Positions 14,690-25,680 of a DNA stretch of 64,000 nt are shown piece after piece (position 1 is the first letter of the stretch; each line of letters begins with the position of its first letter). The notes beneath the pieces were generated by a model. It worked only from the letters and a program-made list of their open reading frames with translations, was not told where the DNA came from and did not search any database. Origin of the DNA: Larinioides sclopetarius (lineage: Eukaryota); NCBI GenBank assembly GCA_964023285.1, contig CAXIEN010000093.1:2567739-2631738 (forward strand). The letters run 5' to 3'. The position numbers were made by a program, and so were the translations under genes.

Positions 14690-17205
14690 TGTACAAAAAC
14701 TAATTAATAGAATTTGATAAAAATTTATATTTATCTCTATTCTAACATAAATTAGTGCTGGTTAGATTTTGGAATACATCACTCTACATGGGACACTGCT
14801 ATTCGTTTCTTTTTCACAATTTTTACGAAATGATTTCGGCCACGTTAGAAAAAAAACTAATTGACGGATAATTATGAAATTTTTCATTTAGTTTTATTTT
14901 AATATGAATTAATGCTGATTAGATTTTAATGCATATATCCTAACTGGTGACTCTACTATTTCCTTTTTTTTCTCACATTCTTATAAAAAAGTTTTGTGAT
15001 AACCAACACATAATAATTCAGTTGTGATACAGTTCATCTATCATATCCATCTAATGATTTTTTTTGTATAGTCAAGTTTATTTACCAAATTCAAGCATAA
15101 AAATGCCAAATTTAATTGCCATGAACAAGGTACATCACAGGATGGCCAAGGCACCTTGTCTAAAAATAAAGGATTTTGTTTTTTAAATTTCAAATTTCTA
15201 CGCCGTAAGTTGGAAAAAAATACTAAAGGAAATCCTAAAAAAACTAATTGACGGATAATTATGAAATTTTTCATTTAGTTTTATTTTAATATGAATTAAT
15301 GCTGATTAGATTTTAATGCATATATATATCCTAACTGGTGATTCTACTATTTCCTTTTTTTTCTCACATTCTTATAAAAAAAGTTTTGTGATAACCAACA
15401 CATAATAATTCAGTTGTGATACAGTTCATCTATCATATCCATCTAATGATTTTTTTTGTATAGTCAAGTTTATTTACCAAATTCAAGCATAAAAATGCCA
15501 AATTTAATTGCCGTGAACAAGGTACATCACAGGATGGCCAAGGCACCTTGTCTAAAAATAAAGGATTTTGTTTTTTAAATTTAAAATTTCTACGCCGTAA
15601 GTTGGAAAAAAATACTAAAGGAAATCCTAAAAAAACTAATTGACGGATAATTATGAAATTTTTCATTTAGTTTTATTTTAATATGAATTAATGCTGATTA
15701 GATTTTAATGCATATATATATCCTAACTGGTGACTCTACTATTTCCTTTTTTTTCTCACATTCTTATAAAAAAAGTTTTGTGATAACCAACACATAATAA
15801 TTCAGTTGTGATACAGTTCATCTATCATATCCATCTAATGATTTTTTTTGTATAGTCAAGTTTATTTACCAAATTCAAGCATAAAAATGCCAAATTTAAT
15901 TGCCGTGAACAAGGTACATCACAGGATGGCCAAGGCACCTTGTCTAAAAATAAAGGATTTTGTTTTTTAAATTTAAAATTTCTACGCCGTAAGTTGGAAA
16001 AAAATACTAAAGGAAATCCTAAAAAAACTAATTGACGGATAATTATGAAATTTTTCATTTAGTTTTATTTTAATATGAATTAATGCTGATTAGATTTTAA
16101 TGCATATATATATCCTAACTGGTGACTCTACTATTTCCTTTTTTTTCTCACATTCTTATAAAAAAAGTTTTGTGATAACCAACACATAATAATTCAGTTG
16201 TGATACAGTTCATCTATCATATCCATCTAATGATTTTTTTTTGTATAGTCAAGTTTATTTACCAGATTCAAGCATAAAAATGCCAAATTTAATTGCCATG
16301 AACAAGGTACATCATAGGATGGCCAAGGCACCTTGTCTAAAAATAAAGGATTTTGTTTTTTAAATTTCAAATTTCTACGCCGTAAGTTGGAAAAAAATAC
16401 TAAAGGAAATCCTAAAAAAACTAATTGACGGATAATTATGAAATTTTTCATTTAGTTTTATTTTAATATGAATTAATGCTGATTAGATTTTAATGCATAT
16501 ATATATCCTAACTGGTGACTCTACTATTTCCTTTTTTTTCTCACATTCTTATAAAAAAAGTTTTGTGATAACCAACACATAATAATTCAGTTGTGATACA
16601 GTTCATCTATCATATCCATCTAATGATTTTTTTTTGTATAGTCAAGTTTATTTACCAAATTCAAGCATAAAAATGCCAAATTTAATTGCCGTGAACAAGG
16701 TACATCATAGGATGGCCAAGGCACCTTGTCTAAAAATAAAGGATTTTGTTTTTTAAATTTCAAATTTCTACGCCGTAAGTTGGAAAAAAATACTAAAGGA
16801 AATCCTAAAAAAACTAATTGACGGATAATTATGAAATTTTTCATTTAGTTTTATTTTAATATGAATTAATGCTGATTAGATTTTAATGCATATATATATC
16901 CTAACTGGTGACTCTACTATTTCCTTTTTTTTCTCACATTCTTATAAAAAAAGTTTTGTGATAACCAACACATAATAATTCAGTTGTGATACAGTTCATC
17001 TATCATATCCATCTAATGATTTTTTTTTGTATAGTCAAGTTTATTTACCAAATTCAAGCATAAAAATGCCAAATTTAATTGCCGTGAACAAGGTACATCA
17101 TAGGATGGCCAAGGCACCTTGTCTAAAAATAAAGGATTTTGTTTTTTAAATTTCAAATTTCTACGCCGTAAGTTGGAAAAAAATACTAAAGGAAATCCAA
17201 AAGTC
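14690..17205. repeat. Satellite-like tandem array: 392-393-bp unit in about 6 copies, plus one degenerate proto-unit at the 5' edge
   Basis: The marker 'ctaattgacggataattatgaaa' recurs at 14857, 15243, 15635, 16028, 16421 and 16814. The track shows six near-identical 74-99-aa minus-strand ORFs (MKNFIIIRQLVFLGFPLVFFSNLRRRN..), one per unit. Copies are more than 97% identical. Confidence 0.95.
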
Positions 17206-17834
17206 GAATTCCCAATGTTTCTAAAGAACCTAAAATCTCTGGTTTCAGACTTGATTTGGTCTCCTTTTTTGAAAAAAGGTGGCTGAGATACAGCACTTTT
17301 ACCTACATTCACGTCACCTCAGCTAATTTTTAAAATACATTATTTAGTAGATTTTGATTTGGTAACAATAGTGCTTAACAAATTGGTAGCTAATGCTTGG
17401 TAACAATATTTAAGATTTTGTTGGCATTGTAATCACCGTATTTTCAATTCATCAAAACAAGAAAATATGAGAAAAATTATTTGTTTAAGTATCTTTTAAG
17501 TTTTGAAAAAGATGTTAGCGTTGTATAAAAATGGTTTATATTTTCTTCATATGCAAAATCTTAACTACCCTTTCCTTACGATTGATACTATAAGTTATCT
17601 AGTATTTTAAATTTATGCTTGGGGATTTACAACGAAGTAGATATCTGCTATTCTTTAGAGTTTTAGGTTAGTTTAGTTTAGTTTTGAAGTCCAATTTTTA
17701 AATTATTTTCGGATGGGCTAATTTGGAACTTTGATAAGATGATGAGTACGACACTTAAGCCGACTATTCCTTCTTTCTAAGGCACTTGACCTTTGGCAGA
17801 TTTAAAAAGCACCCGGCCCAAAGATACAGACTCG

Positions 17835-18445
17835 AAATCGAGATTCCTCCTAGAAAATGTCTTAGACCTTTCTACTTTCTTCTACATGTAGATGAGACGA
17901 AAGTATCGGAATCGTGAAAATTTTCCGACTTCTGTTTTTTGATGGATTTACACGTTTGGGGAGGCCCTAAACAAGATTTAACTATTTTTAGAAAATGTCT
18001 GTCTATGTGTCTGTATGGGACACAAATTTTGTCGTGTACTGACTGCTATTCTACGTTTTTCATAGAAATCGAAATTTTGTAATTTTTGTGATTAGCATAT
18101 CTCGGTTTCTATGTTTCGAAATTGCATAAAATTTTATACATAAAATGCATTCTATATGAAGTTACTTTGATTTAATTTACATGCATGTATCTCAACAGGG
18201 GCTTTGCTATGCATTTTCAAAATTTCCGTTATAAGCATTTCTCTGTTTCTATGATAAAGAATGGCTTCAACGTTGCCTAAAATATACGAAAGAGTTTGAT
18301 GCAGTTTATTAATATTTTTATGTTTTGGATAAAAATAAGCGTTGTATCTATAGACTCTGCTGCATATCAATAATATAAATATATAGAAGAAAGTTTTGTG
18401 ATGGCAACATCTTACTAATTTGCGTGTAGAAACGAAGATATATAC
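17835..18445 (-). mobile_element. Dispersed repeat family 'R' (non-autonomous; no coding capacity seen), minus-orientation copy lacking the internal duplicated segment
   Basis: The reverse complement matches 32100-32470 and 32790-32990 block by block (for example 'gatgttgccatcacaaaactttcttctatat', 'atactaatcacaaaaattacaaaatttc', 'tacatgtagaagaaagtagaaaggtctaaga'). A further partial minus-strand fragment of the same family lies at about 14540-14690, on the other flank of the 392-bp array. Confidence 0.8.
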
Positions 18446-18529
18446 CTTTGTTGTTAAAAAAGATTTTTTTCTTAAAGATAGAGATATTATATAGATTTGA
18501 TATGTCAACGTCCAATTTTGAAGTAACAA

Positions 18530-18745
18530 AAGGGCCCTTTTGGGACTAACTTCGTGATTTTCCACCACGGTCAGATGACGAGGAGGACACCTGAACTAGT
18601 AACCCTCTCTCCAAACTTCGCACAACGGCTCGACCCAAGAAGTCAGATTTAAAGTGTACATACCCACATATACAGAGGTTCTTAAGTGGAATCGGGCTCT
18701 GAACCTGCAACCCTCTGTACCTGGGCCACCACGGTCTCTATACTG
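18530..18745 (-). mobile_element. tRNA-derived SINE, copy B (minus orientation, head partly truncated)
   Basis: The reverse complement contains 'cctcgtcatctgaccgtggtgg' and 'ggttcagagcccgattccacttaagaacctctgtatatgtgggtatgtacactttaaatctgac', matching copy D. Confidence 0.75.
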
Positions 18746-20100
18746 CATATAACTTGATTTAAAAGCTTAGAAATTTTGATGTATATAGTTATATAGCTAA
18801 GATCGTACCAGTGAAACAAGACGTATTAAACCGGCATTTAGAGTTACGTGTCAAGATACACGCCAAAGAAAGTATTTGTTACAGTATCGAAACATGGATG
18901 TACACATTTGTTCTTACAAGAGAGACACACAATTAACAGTGTTAACCATTACGATAAGCTGAAATGGATAGCAGAAAACCGTAACCATTAATGAAATTAC
19001 ATACCAAATGGTAGTATTGCTCTGGGAATATACAGTAATATTGTTTCAAAGGCTTTCTTAGCATTAGATTCACTATAGCTTGATCTCTAGCAGAGGTATA
19101 CAGCCCATAGATAATCTAACCAGCTGGGAAACGTGTTTACTGATGCTATTTCTATAAAAGACAGCTCACACTTGCAGAAAATATAATAACAATCTTTATC
19201 GAAAAGAGAAAAAAACTATATTCATCAATCGAAGGTATGGAAGCTGAATGGTGTTGAAGAGGGTATATTGCAGCATTATTTCTAAGAGGTTCTGAATTAT
19301 AGCTCTAGTAAAGATAATATTGGTGATTGTCCCATGGTATTATTTTATATATATGATGTAGAAAATCTATAAAGAAATATTTAGTCATAAATTTATATAT
19401 AAGCATTACTTTTATTGTATAGTTTGAAATGGAAACACAATAGTATAAATAAACGTTTTTTAAATCGCGTAGCTTCTTGGTATTTTAATATCAAGAATAC
19501 GCATCGGTATTATTTTATATGATAGATTTTCTAAAATTGAGTTTAAAGATTTTATATTCATTCAAGTTTTCTTTTAGTGACGAAAAAAAAAAAATCCTAC
19601 CGGAATCCATCTTCACCCGGATTTAATATTATTCTTCTTATCTTCTTATTGTAAGAACTTATTGTAATATATATGCGCAGTTTTGTTCAGTGTGGGTTGA
19701 AAACTATTAATTCTTGGTACAGACGCTTTGCCAAAAGAATATATCGGTTACTTCGCAACAATAGCGTAGAATTTATTATGACGTTAAATAAAGTACGGGA
19801 AGTTTATGATGTATTTTCTTGGACTGATCGGTAGGGAAATTCCACATGTTTACTACAAAAACATTATAAATGTTTTCACACAAAGAGTGAAGATCTGGCA
19901 ATCCATCGATTCTCATTGTCATTGCGAATCAATCCCCAAATGGCAAAATGGAATGGGGTGGTGTAAAATCGCGAAATTAGAATAAATGTTTTTAAAAGCT
20001 TCTTTTTATTAGTGTAAAAAAAGCGGAGCATAACTTTTTAAATTGAAAATAACGATTTCCAGTTAAACTCATAAAAGCCTGATTCGATAATAACTCAGAT

Positions 20101-20390
20101 GTATTAACACCTCATTTTGAACAATTCCCGTTGGAACGAAGCTCTTGAATTTGAACCACGGTCAGATGAAAAGGACGACAACCGGTCAGGTGCCACCTCT
20201 CCACACTTCTTCATCAAGCCTGTGTGTGTGTGGGGGGGGGGGGAGGGCCCTAGGCTTCCTGCGCATGGTTTATCGGACCCACATGCTAGGCAAGGATTAA
20301 GAAGAATTGGGTTTCGAACTTAGAACCCTCTGGCCCCGACGTCGAGACCCTGCTTCAAAGCTACTTCTCTCCGCAGAGGCAGTCACAGAA
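20101..20390 (-). mobile_element. tRNA-derived SINE, copy C (minus orientation), interrupted by a (GT)n(G)n microsatellite at 20222-20246
   Basis: The reverse complement gives the head '..ggtctcgacgtcggggccagagggttctaagttcgaaaccc' (B-box-like GGTTCGAAACC), then 'catctgaccgtggttcaaatt', then the tail '..gttaatac'. Confidence 0.8.
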
Positions 20391-20450
20391 ATATTATGGT
20401 GACGCTTCCGCTTTCTTGGAATGGAATTCCGAGCAGGCAACACCCAATGT

Positions 20451-20803
20451 AGTCAATTCACGGTCACGTGATTGGTACAAAATGGCTGCGAAAACGAAAT
20501 TTTGTCCCTTCTGCGGATCTATTGAGTGTTCTCTCCGTAACGTTAAGCATGTTAAATTATTTAGAGGAAAGCTGAAAGCGTTTTATCGCTGAGAATCCGG
20601 TTTGGCTTTATGATTGGAAATCCAATTACACAACATAATCTCTTTTTGACACAAATATGGAAAGATACGAGACTGATAAGTTAAGCAACTAGAACGTAGC
20701 ACGGCGGAAGGTGTTAACTGCAGACCAAGTGGTGTGGATAGACTCTTAGATGACATGCCCGTTTTCGGCCATTTTGTCCGGGTCACGTGATCGTGAATTG
20801 ACT
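20451..20803. mobile_element. MITE-like element with about 48-bp terminal inverted repeats containing CACGTG
   Basis: Left end 'agtcaattcacggtcacgtgattggtacaaaatggctgcgaaaacg'. Right end is its reverse complement, 'cgttttcggccattttgtccgggtcacgtgatcgtgaattgact'. About 260 bp lie between the arms. No clear TSD. Confidence 0.55.
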
Positions 20804-21540
20804 CCATTATGAGGAAGAATTATGCTTCAGGTTCAAATTATTAGGACTCTTTGAAAATTTAAAATTAACTTCACGATGGCAATTATACTATCTATAAATA
20901 TTTAACTTTTAACAAAGAATAGATCACATCTTATCCTAATGCGACGTTACTCGCCACGGTGAGTCTCACACTCTCGTACACTAACTGTCAAAGCCCGACT
21001 TGCATTACTCGGGGTCCAAAGCACAGAATGTTTTTGGTGCCCCTAAAGAATTAAGTGTAGAGGTGCCCCGAATAATATTGACAGTAGTTGAATGAAGGAT
21101 TTTTCTTCGAACATATTTGATCTTAAAGAATGTGTTAGAAATGACTCTGCAGAAATTCTAACATAAAGAGCAAATTAATATAAAGTATTTGATACAATCG
21201 TTGTTAATGAAAAGTAATTTGTTAGAATATTTCGTAAAAGCAAGTAAGCATGTGAATCAAAAATGTTTCAGTAGACCATTGACTTAGCATCACACCGGAA
21301 TGATATAGGTAATGCATTTTAATGTAAATAAAGCTATGTAAAAACTTGCCCAATTTAATTCAAAATAAAGATGAAAATATTAAAAAAGCACCAGAGTTCG
21401 TTTTAACTACAATAACTTTGGAAATTTCGAAAGTTTCGAAAGTTTTACCAAAAGTTTTAGAGCCCCAAGGCTACATTTTGTTGGCTTGTTAGAAATCAAG
21501 CCTTGCTGACTGTCATCTAAGTAGTAGAAGGACGTAGCGC

Positions 21541-23040
21541 AAGCTGTTGGTTAAAAAATACATTCGTTACACTATAATAAAACTGAGATTTTGAACACAT
21601 TTGTATCATATTTTTACCCCTTAGCTCATAGTGGGCATATATGGCACATCAGTTTTTAATTTTTTTGAATTCATAACACGTATTCAATTTAAAACGTATT
21701 TGATTCATTACACGCTTTCGTATTTCAAAAATACATGAAAAATCAGATTAGCACATAAAGGAGAATGTCTAAATGTTACAATTAATTAATTAGCTGTTGG
21801 TTAAAAAATACATTCGTTACACTATAATAAAACTGAGATTTTGAACACATTTGTATCATATTTTTACCCCTTAACTCATACTGGGCATATATGGCACATC
21901 AGTTTTTAATTTTTTTGAATTCATTACACGTATTCAATTTAAAACGTATTTGATTCATTACACGCTTTCGTATTTCAAAAATACATGAAAAATCAGATTA
22001 GCACATAAAGGAGAATGTCTAAATGTTACAATTAATTAATTAGCTGTTGGTTAAAAAATACATTCGTTACACTATAATAAAACTGAGATTTTGAACACAT
22101 TTGTATCATATTTTTACCCCTTAGCTCATACTGGGCATATATGGCACATCAGTTTTTAATTTTTTTGAATTCATTACACGTATTCAATTTAAAACGTATT
22201 TGATTCATTACACGATTTCGTATTTCAAAAATACATGAAATATCAGATTAGCACATAAAGGAGAATGTCTAAATGTTACAATTAATTAATTAGCTGTTGG
22301 TTAAAAAATACATTCGTTACACTATAATAAAACTGAGATTTTGAACACATTTGTATCATATTTTTACCCCTTAGCTCATACTGGGCATATATGACACATC
22401 AGTTTTTAATTTTTTTGAATTCATTACACGTATTCAATTTAAAACGTATTTGATTCATTACACGATTTCGTATTTCAAAAATACATGAAAAATCAGATTA
22501 GCACATAAAGGAGAATGTCTAAATGTTACAATTAATTAATTAGCTGTTGGTTAAAAAATACATTCGTTACACTATAATAAAACTGAGATTTTGAACACAT
22601 TTGTATCATATTTTTACCCCTTAGCTCATACTGGGCATATATGACACATCAGTTTTTAATTTTTTTGAATTCATTACACGTATTCAATTTAAAACGTATT
22701 TGATTCATTACACGATTTCGTATTTCAAAAATACATGAAAAATCAGATTAGCACATAAAGGAGAATGTCTAAATGTTACAATTAATTAATTAGCTGTTGG
22801 TTAAAAAATACATTCGTTACACTATAATAAAACTGAGATTTTGAACACATTTGTATCATATTTTTACCCCTTAGCTCATACTGGGCATATATGGCACATC
22901 AGTTTTTAATTTTTTTGAATTCATTACACGTATTCAATTTAAAACGTATTTGATTCATTACACGATTTCGTATTTCAAAAATACATGAAAAATCAGATTA
23001 GCACATGAAGGAGAATGTCTAAATGTTACAATTAATTAAT
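21541..23040. repeat. Tandem array: 250-bp unit in exactly 6 copies, near-identical
   Basis: 'agctgttggttaaaaaatac' recurs at 21541, 21791, 22041, 22291, 22541 and 22791. Units differ only by single substitutions (for example ggcacatc/gacacatc, cgctttcg/cgatttcg). Confidence 0.95.
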
Positions 23041-25070
23041 TAAGGAAATAATTAAGGTTTTAAGTTGTTTTATTATTTTCCCTGAAATTAGCACGTTATG
23101 TAACAATCCGTAATTTTTCGAAGAATAAAAAAATAAAACAGTAAGGAGTTAATTTTTAATTTTTGCAAATTTTCCTTCTTTTAATACTTATTGGGGCGAA
23201 ATTTCTTTATGGTCCCGTTTCCAACGCTTCACGCTTTTCCGATTTTCTTTTGCAGTTTGTATGAAAAATATGCACTTTTTACTTTTTAGTTCACTAATAA
23301 AAGCGAGTTTTTTAAAACTCATCTATTTTTTTTATTTCCTATATTTGTCTGTAATATATTTTATAAATCATTATATTAAATGTTATCGAATTTTGTAATC
23401 ATTTTTTCAAATCCTATACCAGGTGGCACAATTCACAGGGATTTAAAATTTAACTAAATTAAGAGATGAACTGATAATTAAATTCTGAAAATATTACAAT
23501 GCTGTACTATCTCAGATAAAGTACAAACTGTGCAAAATTTCTGAACTGTCGTACATCAAGGAGTAAGCGAAAAGTCGGTTAGGAAATTTGGAGATGAACA
23601 CACAAAGACTGCTAAAACAACAGCGTATAAAAATTTGTAAAGATATTATTTAAAAAACTAAATAGCAGAAAATATATACTAAAATTACATCAACAGAATA
23701 TCATTATTAAAGGTAAATAAATATGTGTTATTAATTATTTTTAATCTTATCACAATGTTTATATTTCTGACCATTCATGTGCTGTGATCAGATTCATTTC
23801 CGTTGAAATATGGACTACCTACGTTATCCAATAAATATTATTTTTTATCAGTCACAAAATAATCAGATATTCTCATTTCGGAATTCGTCTTACCGTACAC
23901 TTTTATGGATATAACCGAACTGGCAAATAGCAGTTTTTGTTCTTTCTAACTTTCATATAAAATACGTAAAAAGTTAGATAAACTATTTCTATATTAGCTA
24001 TTTAAGGTTTCCAACTCAATAAACAGTAGATTGGTTAAAATTCAATCAAACACTGATTAAGGGAAGGGCGATTATAACTACTTTGATTAAACTGAAAGCG
24101 TGAGATCTACAATAGCATATTTTTCTGTAAGTTTGTGAATTAATGCATCTACAAAGTATTCCAAAATGTTGTCTACTAACCTTAAGAGCAGGTCAAATAC
24201 AGAAACAAGTCATTTTTTTTAAAAAAAAGGTTCTGAAAAAAACAAACCGGTAATCGTTACAGACAGAAGGAGTCTTTGCCAATGATTTAAGCAAAAAAAA
24301 AGTTACATCAGATAAAGTGTACAAAATAGGTCTAATGAAATAAAAAAAGTAAGGTACCATAATAAAACAGTTGCATGAACGATAACTTTGAACGTGTTAA
24401 ACTTCGAAAAGCAAAGCCATTGAAAACTTATTTTAAGAACGCCAAAAAAGTATTGCTGATACTTCATACTATTTGCCTCTGTATTTATTATGCTGTTTTT
24501 TTATTCACGCAGTTGTGTTGAACGACTTTCAACTTGTACTTCATTCATTCTGTCTTTTACACTTTAAATGACGTATTCTTTTTCCTCTAAATTTTTAATA
24601 ATAAAGAGAATCCCTATAAAGGCCCCCTTGACTTTTATGATCTTTTTCCTGTTGTAAAAATGACCTTTACTGTTCATTTCACCTACCTTTAAAGCATATA
24701 AATGACCTTTTAAGACATTCTGTATATGTAAAATAAAAGACAACCAAAAATAATTTTATTCTCAAAATATCGTTTCTTCTGTTCAGGGATGGATAAATGA
24801 AGGGAAGGACACAGTCATCATTCCTATTTACTAAGACGAAACGTGATATAGTTTCCATGTCAACGCTCCCCAGAACCCCATAAAATTTTCATAGGTTCAC
24901 GGCAATTTTATACGCTTTTCTTATACTGTTTTATTTAACTTAACTTGTTTCATGTATGTCAAGATTGAATTTTGTGAAAGAAATTCCACTCACTTCTTGT
25001 TGTCGTAGGGTTTTCAATCCAACAGAGTTGTGTGTTTTCGACGGCAATTCACTAATTTAATATTTTTAAT

Positions 25071-25680
25071 AAATCCAAATAAATCCAAAGAAAAATGAAT
25101 AAAAAAGTAAAATTGTAAATAACTGTGGTCGGCGGCTTCTTCAGGGGGTACCACCCACCACAGTCAAATCCAATAAATTTAAGGATTAATTGTTTCCCTT
25201 TTAATTTTTGTAATATTAATTTCGAACTAAAAAAAATTATTAAAACAATTTCCATTAACAGGGTGAATTTTTCAATCTCGGCAAGTGATCCCGCTAGAGC
25301 AGTAAAATTATAAAAAAAATTTTTTGACGGTTGGCAACACCTTTTTCTATTACTTAAATGTATATTTATCTTGGTAGTTCAGTTAGTAAGTAATTCAACT
25401 GGTTTGCTGTTTTCGTTCATAAGTTAGTTTTTTGTTATTTGAATTTTCTTGTCTTTTAATTTTTTACTTGTCTTTTGAATGCATTTGTTTATATCTCGGA
25501 CTTCCATTTCTGTTTGAGAACCTTCGGGGTACAAGGCGATGTTTTTAGTTTATACTTCTTCGCCTGCAGAAAAGGTTCTTGTTTTGACTGTGGTGGGTGG
25601 TACCCCCTGAAGAAGCCGCCGACCACAGTTATTTACAATTTTACTTTTTTATTCATTTTTCTTTGGATTTATTTGGATTT
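25071..25680. mobile_element. Foldback / MITE-like element with perfect 98-bp terminal inverted repeats
   Basis: Arm 25071-25168 is the exact reverse complement of arm 25583-25680 (checked base by base). A 414-bp AT-rich centre separates them. Track ORFs 25052-25255(-) and 25475-25729(+) share the peptide FDCGGWYPLKKPPTTVIYNFTFLFIFLWIYLDL, which is the mirror artifact of the arms. Confidence 0.85.

Noticed and set aside
14690-17312. Six near-identical minus-strand ORFs of 74-99 aa (MKNFIIIRQLVFLGF..) as a tandem gene family
   Set aside because: There is one ORF per 392-bp satellite unit. The peptide is low-complexity (F/L/K/N-rich) and the identity reflects recent array homogenisation. I recognise no domain.
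21541-23040. CRISPR-like array (regular repeats)
   Set aside because: The whole 250-bp units are near-identical, so there are no unique spacers. The context is eukaryotic and AT-rich, and there are no cas genes. It is a satellite.
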